Assembly (NCBI GenBank): GCA_016182555.1
Contig: JACPGJ010000008.1
Location: forward strand, 455,411 to 519,410
Direction: 5' to 3'
DNA: 64,000 nt
Source: Candidatus Kerfeldbacteria bacterium
GTDB lineage: Bacteria > Patescibacteriota > Patescibacteriia > UBA9570 > XYC2-FULL-38-9
The notes under the pieces were generated by a model, which worked only from the letters and a program-made list of their open reading frames with translations, was not told where the DNA came from and did no database searches. Below are positions 59,415-64,000 of this stretch, one piece after another; the first letter of the stretch is position 1; every line of letters starts with the position of its first letter. A program made the translations under genes and the position numbers.

Positions 59415-60809
59415 TTATGCCATTTCGCTCAGCAATGCCGCCATGCAGCAAGTTAATTTTTTCACCGCCGCGATATCGAGGGCTTCATTCACAGCGTGTG
59501 CATTTCCGTTCGGACCAAGTACACCCGTAATCACAAATTGCGTTTGCGGAAAACGTTCGCCTAACATATTCATAAAGGGAATCGAACCGCCCTCGCCCAT
59601 GAACGCCGGTGCGGCACCAAAATATTCTTGTGAAGCGCTGGTGAGTGCCGCGGCCAATACGGAAGAACTTGTTGGAGCATTCCACCCGTTCACCGCACTG
59701 TCAATTTCAAATGAAACACGCGCACCATAGGGCGCATCGGCTTCCAAAATTTCTTTCAAGCGCGCGGCGGCAATAGCGCTGTCACAGCGTGGTGGAATAC
59801 GCAAAGATAATTTCAACGCAGTCCATGGGCGCATGACATTTCCGGCTTGGTGCATCGGCGGAAATCCATCTGCGCTAATCACTTCCATGCCCGGTTTCCA
59901 CGTACGGTTCAATAATAACTCAACGATGTCGGTAGTGAGAGGGTGTGCACCAGAAACAAATGGATATTGTGCCACCAACTCAGGCGCTAAAATTTTTGCG
60001 GTTTCTCCCGCTTCACTCACGCGATGCGGTGGAATGTCTACAAAAAACACGGGATCCAAAATTTCACCAGTGATCGAATTTTCAATGCGCGACAACAACT
60101 CGCGTGCAATACGAAACGTCGATGGCACAACACCAGTGGCTTCTCCAGAATGAACACCATGCTCCAACATTTCTACTCGCAACGTTCCTGCGACAATGCC
60201 GCGCAGAGATGTGGTTAACCACAACTGATCATAGTTCCCTGCACCAGAATCTAAACAAATAATAAGCTGCGGGGTACCAATACGTTCTGCGAGTGCATCA
60301 ACATAAAACGGTAAATCCGTACTGCCACTTTCTTCATCGCATTCAATAATAATCACACAACGTAGATGACGCGCACCGGCTTGTTGCACCGCTTTGATTG
60401 CCGCGATGCATGCAAATACGGCATAGCCATCGTCCACACTGCCTCGGCCATACAATTTTCCGTCACGCACAAGTGGTGAGTACGGCGCAAATCCTTCTGC
60501 CCACCCATCCAACGGAGGCTGTTTATCAATATGACCATAGAGCAATACTGTTTGGCTCGCGTCCCCTTCTATGTCTATATACATCAGCGGCGTTCGTCCT
60601 TCCAACCGTTCCACACTCACACTTAGGCCTGATACGTTTTGGGCTTTCACCCAATTCAGCACCAAGTCCATGGCCGCATCGATGTGACCATTCGTTTGCC
60701 AGTCCGGATCATATTCCGGTGATTGGTTTGGGATGCGAATATAATCTTGAAGGGTCGGCATCACCGCCTCTTCCCAATACTGATTCACAAAATCGCGAAA
60801 ATTTTTCAT
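59415..60809 (-). CDS. M20/M25/M40 family metallopeptidase (start MKNFRD)
   Basis: YGHIDKQP, YGRGSVDD, DEESGS, HSG and NAHAVNE motifs. Confidence 0.9.
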   Translation of the reverse strand: MKNFRDFVNQYWEEAVMPTLQDYIRIPNQSPEYDPDWQTNGHIDAAMDLVLNWVKAQNVSGLSVSVERLEGRTPLMYIDIEGDASQTVLLYGHIDKQPPLDGWAEGFAPYSPLVRDGKLYGRGSVDDGYAVFACIAAIKAVQQAGARHLRCVIIIECDEESGSTDLPFYVDALAERIGTPQLIICLDSGAGNYDQLWLTTSLRGIVAGTLRVEMLEHGVHSGEATGVVPSTFRIARELLSRIENSITGEILDPVFFVDIPPHRVSEAGETAKILAPELVAQYPFVSGAHPLTTDIVELLLNRTWKPGMEVISADGFPPMHQAGNVMRPWTALKLSLRIPPRCDSAIAAARLKEILEADAPYGARVSFEIDSAVNGWNAPTSSSVLAAALTSASQEYFGAAPAFMGEGGSIPFMNMLGERFPQTQFVITGVLGPNGNAHAVNEALDIAAVKKLTCCMAALLSEMA

Positions 60810-60923
60810 ATAAATTACGCTTAACAATATCGCTTAGTATAGCACAGGAATAAAAAATGACCCGTTGCGTGGTTCACGCCTCGAGCCATTTTTCTCCTCC
60901 TCAGATATCAGAATGAGCGAACG

Positions 60924-61160
60924 TTATTGCTTGTCTTTTGTACCCATACCGGCGCACATTTTACAATCGCCTTTATGCATACCAACCAAATAGAGCGCAG
61001 ATAAACCAACTAATATATAGATAAGGCGTGAAAGCATGGCGTCTTGGCCGCCAAATAATTCACCAATATCCCATTTAAATAAACCAACGAGCAACCAGTT
61101 CAACCCGCCAATAATGACGAGCAAGAACGTGATCATGTGCATTCCTTTTTTATTTTGCAT
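60924..61160 (-). CDS. DUF378 domain small membrane protein
   Basis: LVIIGGLNWLLVGLF...IYILVGLSA; GGAGG SD. Confidence 0.88.
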   Translation of the reverse strand: MQNKKGMHMITFLLVIIGGLNWLLVGLFKWDIGELFGGQDAMLSRLIYILVGLSALYLVGMHKGDCKMCAGMGTKDKQ

Positions 61161-61461
61161 ATTTTCCACCTCCTCTCAATGTTATATTCCTATAGTTGAG
61201 TATACCACGAATACGTATAGTGGTCATCTTTAGTGGGTGGAACGGGATCTCTCTTCTATACACAACGGGTTGTTTACAGAAGAGAGACGAGGAGCGATGG
61301 TTGCAGAAACCGGCGTGACTCAATATCGTCCCTCAATGAAGTGCGTCTTATCAGACGACCCTCATGCGTCCGCGTTGGAGATCGCGGGCGTCTTCCTCAG
61401 TTGGCTTTCGCGTCCCTGAAGCGTTTGAATGTTTGCGGGTGTGGGTTTCTCGGGCGGTTGA

Positions 61462-62589
61462 TCAGTAGCTGGCGATGTCGTCGGGATTATTATTCTCCAC
61501 GACGCAGTCCGTCATTGAGGGCTCGGCATTGCGAAGATACATTCCTCCACCACTTTCGCCCGCCGAATTTTCTGTCACTTCAACCCGAGTGAGCGTCGGG
61601 TTTGCGTGATCAATGTAGACCCCACCACCCCACAAATCAGCCTCGTTGCTGTGAATGGTGAGGTCTGTAAGTTCAACTCCCGCATCCTGTCCCACGTAGA
61701 TTCCTCCACCTCCGGCCACAGCGTAATTGTCCATGAAGGAAGAATTCGTCACCACGCCGGATGAATAGCGACCGAAAGACACCCCCATGCCATAGTAGCC
61801 GACGTTGGAGTTGAAAGAACATTCAGTCACCTCAACATCAGCATCCTGATTGACATGAATACCCGCGCCGTTATAGGTCACGAAGTTCTCGGCAAAAAAT
61901 GACTCTGTGACCGTCAGTTCAGCGTGTTCACCAGCATAGATACCACCTCCGTCGCCGTTGGCTACACACCAAGTGAATATGCTGTGCTGAAACGCAGCCC
62001 GCGTGAACTCGGTGTAGACACAACCTCCGTCGCCACCAGTGGTTGTAGTGGAGTTAGTGAAGGTGACGTTCCTAAAAGTTGGATCGGCATATTCCCCGAT
62101 CCAGACTAACCCGCCATTTCCGCTCTCTCCATTAGTCAGGGTAAACCCATCCACAACTCCATCTTCCGTATACGCTGTGAATGACATTACTCGTCCCAAG
62201 AACTGAGCGTCGATCGTCGTCACCTCGGCGCCTTTGCTGGAGAGCAGCGTGAGTGCCTTTCCTCCGAAATGCAGGTCGTGTTCGAGATACGTCCCTGGGC
62301 CCACTGAAACAGTGTCCCCATCGTTAGCCGCGTCGATCGCGGACTGGATAGTGACGTAGCAGTTTTCCTGCACAGCCACAGTTCCCGTGTCGCTCACGCC
62401 GTCACAGTTCTGGTCTACGCCATCGCATTCCTCTGCCGCACCGGGATGAATTTCCGGATTCGTGTCGTCGCAGTCGCCATCGTCCACGGTCCAGCCGTCC
62501 CCATCGATATCGGGATCGTCACAAGACGAAATCCCGCTCAACAGCGTGCAAACGCTCGAAAAAACAACGGTGAAAAACAGGTGCCTCAT
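61462..62589 (-). CDS. Secreted/lipoprotein with a Cys/Asp metal-binding (MopE-like) motif and right-handed beta-helix repeats
   Basis: DIDGDG..DCDDTNPEIHPGAAEECDGVDQNCDG; TIQSAIDAA; repeated N...GGGIY; GGAGG SD; GC higher than its flanks. Confidence 0.75.
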   Translation of the reverse strand: MRHLFFTVVFSSVCTLLSGISSCDDPDIDGDGWTVDDGDCDDTNPEIHPGAAEECDGVDQNCDGVSDTGTVAVQENCYVTIQSAIDAANDGDTVSVGPGTYLEHDLHFGGKALTLLSSKGAEVTTIDAQFLGRVMSFTAYTEDGVVDGFTLTNGESGNGGLVWIGEYADPTFRNVTFTNSTTTTGGDGGCVYTEFTRAAFQHSIFTWCVANGDGGGIYAGEHAELTVTESFFAENFVTYNGAGIHVNQDADVEVTECSFNSNVGYYGMGVSFGRYSSGVVTNSSFMDNYAVAGGGGIYVGQDAGVELTDLTIHSNEADLWGGGVYIDHANPTLTRVEVTENSAGESGGGMYLRNAEPSMTDCVVENNNPDDIASY

Positions 62590-62773
62590 GATTCACTCCT
62601 CCGCTGTGCTTCATTTCGGAATGTGGGAAAGAAATTCCCCCACATTTTCGCGTTCTTGCGCACAGCAAAATACTATCCAGTGATGCATAGTACATTGCTA
62701 TAAACAAAAAAGCCTCTTAAACTGGGCTATCTTATATCGCAAAACAAATTTTTTGTCAATCGATGTCGTCTAG

Positions 62774-62844
62774 AGCGGGATACCAGAATCGAACTGGCGC
62801 CTCAACCTTGGGAAGGTCGCATACTACCACTATACTAATCCCGC
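62774..62844 (-). tRNA. tRNA-Gly (CCC)
   Basis: GCGGGATTAGTATAGTGGTAGTATGCGACCTTCCCAAGGTTGAGGCGCCAGTTCGATTCTGGTATCCCGCT. Confidence 0.93.
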
Positions 62845-62903
62845 ACGGTACATAATATTGTAGAGAATTCAGGAAAACATGCAAGAGCCGCTGTACTCGC
62901 CCC

Positions 62904-63213
62904 AAAAAACACAAAAGCCCGGACATGCCGGGTTCTTATGTGTGCTCTGCTGCTCTTATTCATCCAGGCTTCCTGCAATATAAGTGGGCTTATGCCGCCA
63001 CGACATCAGTGATGGGGCAGCACATCGCTGATACAGCATTTGTGCGAAAGGTTTAACGCCTTCGCGCAATAGTAGACAGCGCCTATTACCGCATGGGGTT
63101 CGCATCCACTCGCCAGCAAAAAAGCGGCAAGCAGATATATGAACCCTACAGGAAACGATTTGTCGAAGCTGGATGAATATGTTGTGCGAGCAGAGTGCCT
63201 TCACAAGGAAGGC
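62904..63213 (-). ncRNA. ~310-nt highly structured non-coding RNA of unrecognised family
   Basis: Own promoter (TTGATG-17-TATAAT) and terminator; perfect 11-bp long-range helix; at least 7 further helices with G-U pairs favouring the minus strand. Confidence 0.65.
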
Positions 63214-63244
63214 ATGGATATTATACATCGAAGGATCGAGTGCA

Positions 63245-64000
63245 TCAAGCGCCAATACGATAAGGAATGGTTTTTGACTTCGTTCTGTGTTTTGTCGCAA
63301 ATTGAATATGCAGTGTTTGTAACCAATCAAAATATTGACCACTCGGTTGCCCCGCAATATATTTTTCTGCGTTCAATAATTTTTCTTTTAAGGGCCGCAC
63401 GCCACGTTCAACACGCTCTTGAAGACGCATCATTCTCCCTGCATCGATCATATCATCTAATTCACCATTGTTTAATCTGCGCTTCGTTTCTTGACCAAAA
63501 TCATAATTCGGATTCAGCTGCAAACTCATATCCACAATACGCCGACCAATCTGTTCGTGCCCATTGGCGAGATAGGCAATGGCGGTGTTGGTAAATAGCC
63601 GATAAACTTCGCGGTTGGTAAGGTGTTGTTTGAGTAAGATTGTAAAACAGGTTTCAAATTCTTGAATCGCTTGCTCATACTGTTGTTGCTGTAAATATTC
63701 TCGTGCGCGTTCTTCGTGTTGCAACCATTCATCATTACCCAAATTCGTCACGTGAACACGCAGAGGGCGATCAATCGGTGCATCAACATTCTGCAGTAAT
63801 TCCACCATATCTTGCGGAGATTTGCCAGCAAGTGATTTCAAGGGCGTAATATTATGCAAATCCTGCACCGCTCGCAATAACTCGTTCATGGCCTCCGTAG
63901 AACAACGTTCATCCAGTAACCCAATCAATATGGGCATAATCGTCTCTCTTTCGCCGGCCACTTCATTGGTGATCCATTCTTGAATTGTTTCGACGGACAC
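63245..64000 (-). CDS. TPR-containing hypothetical protein (5' end outside window)
   Basis: QQQYEQAIQEFE...LFTNTAIAYL...SLQLNPNY TPR-like helices. Confidence 0.65.
   Translation of the reverse strand: MSVETIQEWITNEVAGERETIMPILIGLLDERCSTEAMNELLRAVQDLHNITPLKSLAGKSPQDMVELLQNVDAPIDRPLRVHVTNLGNDEWLQHEERAREYLQQQQYEQAIQEFETCFTILLKQHLTNREVYRLFTNTAIAYLANGHEQIGRRIVDMSLQLNPNYDFGQETKRRLNNGELDDMIDAGRMMRLQERVERGVRPLKEKLLNAEKYIAGQPSGQYFDWLQTLHIQFATKHRTKSKTIPYRIGA

Noticed and set aside
61220-61250. att-like duplicate of the tRNA-Gly 3' end bounding the beta-helix islet
   Set aside because: Similarity to the tRNA end is too weak to distinguish from chance.
61340-61440. c-di-GMP-I riboswitch (GCAAAC...GGGACGCGAAAGCC) or hammerhead ribozyme (CUGAGGA) on the minus strand
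   Set aside because: The required P2 pairing of the riboswitch does not form, and the hammerhead GAAA after stem II is missing (GAUAA). Kept only as generic structure.
62904-63213. RNase P RNA, tmRNA or SRP RNA
   Set aside because: AGAACCCGGC resembles the RNase P P4 3' strand, but here it is half of the terminator hairpin. There is no GAGGAAAGUCC, no tRNA-like ends with a stop-terminated tag frame, and no SRP helix-8 motif.
62956-63594. ORF-track calls 62956..63357 (-) and 63139..63594 (+)
   Set aside because: They overlap the TPR gene and the structured RNA, have atypical composition and show no motifs; likely shadow ORFs.

Overview
This is a 64-kb chromosomal segment from a small-genome bacterium with Patescibacteria (CPR) hallmarks: no L30 in the spc operon, mostly Shine-Dalgarno-less AT-rich start contexts, and a short AspRS. 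Housekeeping content includes hrcA-grpE-dnaK with a perfect CIRCE, gap, scpAB, aspS/asnS, a P-type ATPase, dnaB-ybaB-recR, the str/S10/spc ribosomal clusters, sod/ahpC, nth and three tRNAs (Glu-CTC, Lys-TTT, Gly-CCC). Single accessory genes are interspersed: two Fic proteins, two AAA_14/DUF4143 ATPases, a fused CapRel-like toxSAS, an orphan PemK, a 38-aa tandem-repeat protein and GC-rich secreted-protein islets. The strongest unexplained signals are four. (1) A tRNA-Glu-anchored array of three one-gene cassettes, each starting with a ~60-bp direct repeat that shares the tRNA 3' core and keeps a start-less reading frame, consistent with serial integration by a recombinase not encoded in this window. 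(2) A ~310-nt highly structured RNA with its own promoter and terminator next to tRNA-Gly. (3) A riboswitch-like leader at ~54.2 kb. (4) A ~55-nt convergent sRNA next to the antitoxin-less PemK. All family calls come from motif recognition by eye; no searches or folding programs were run.
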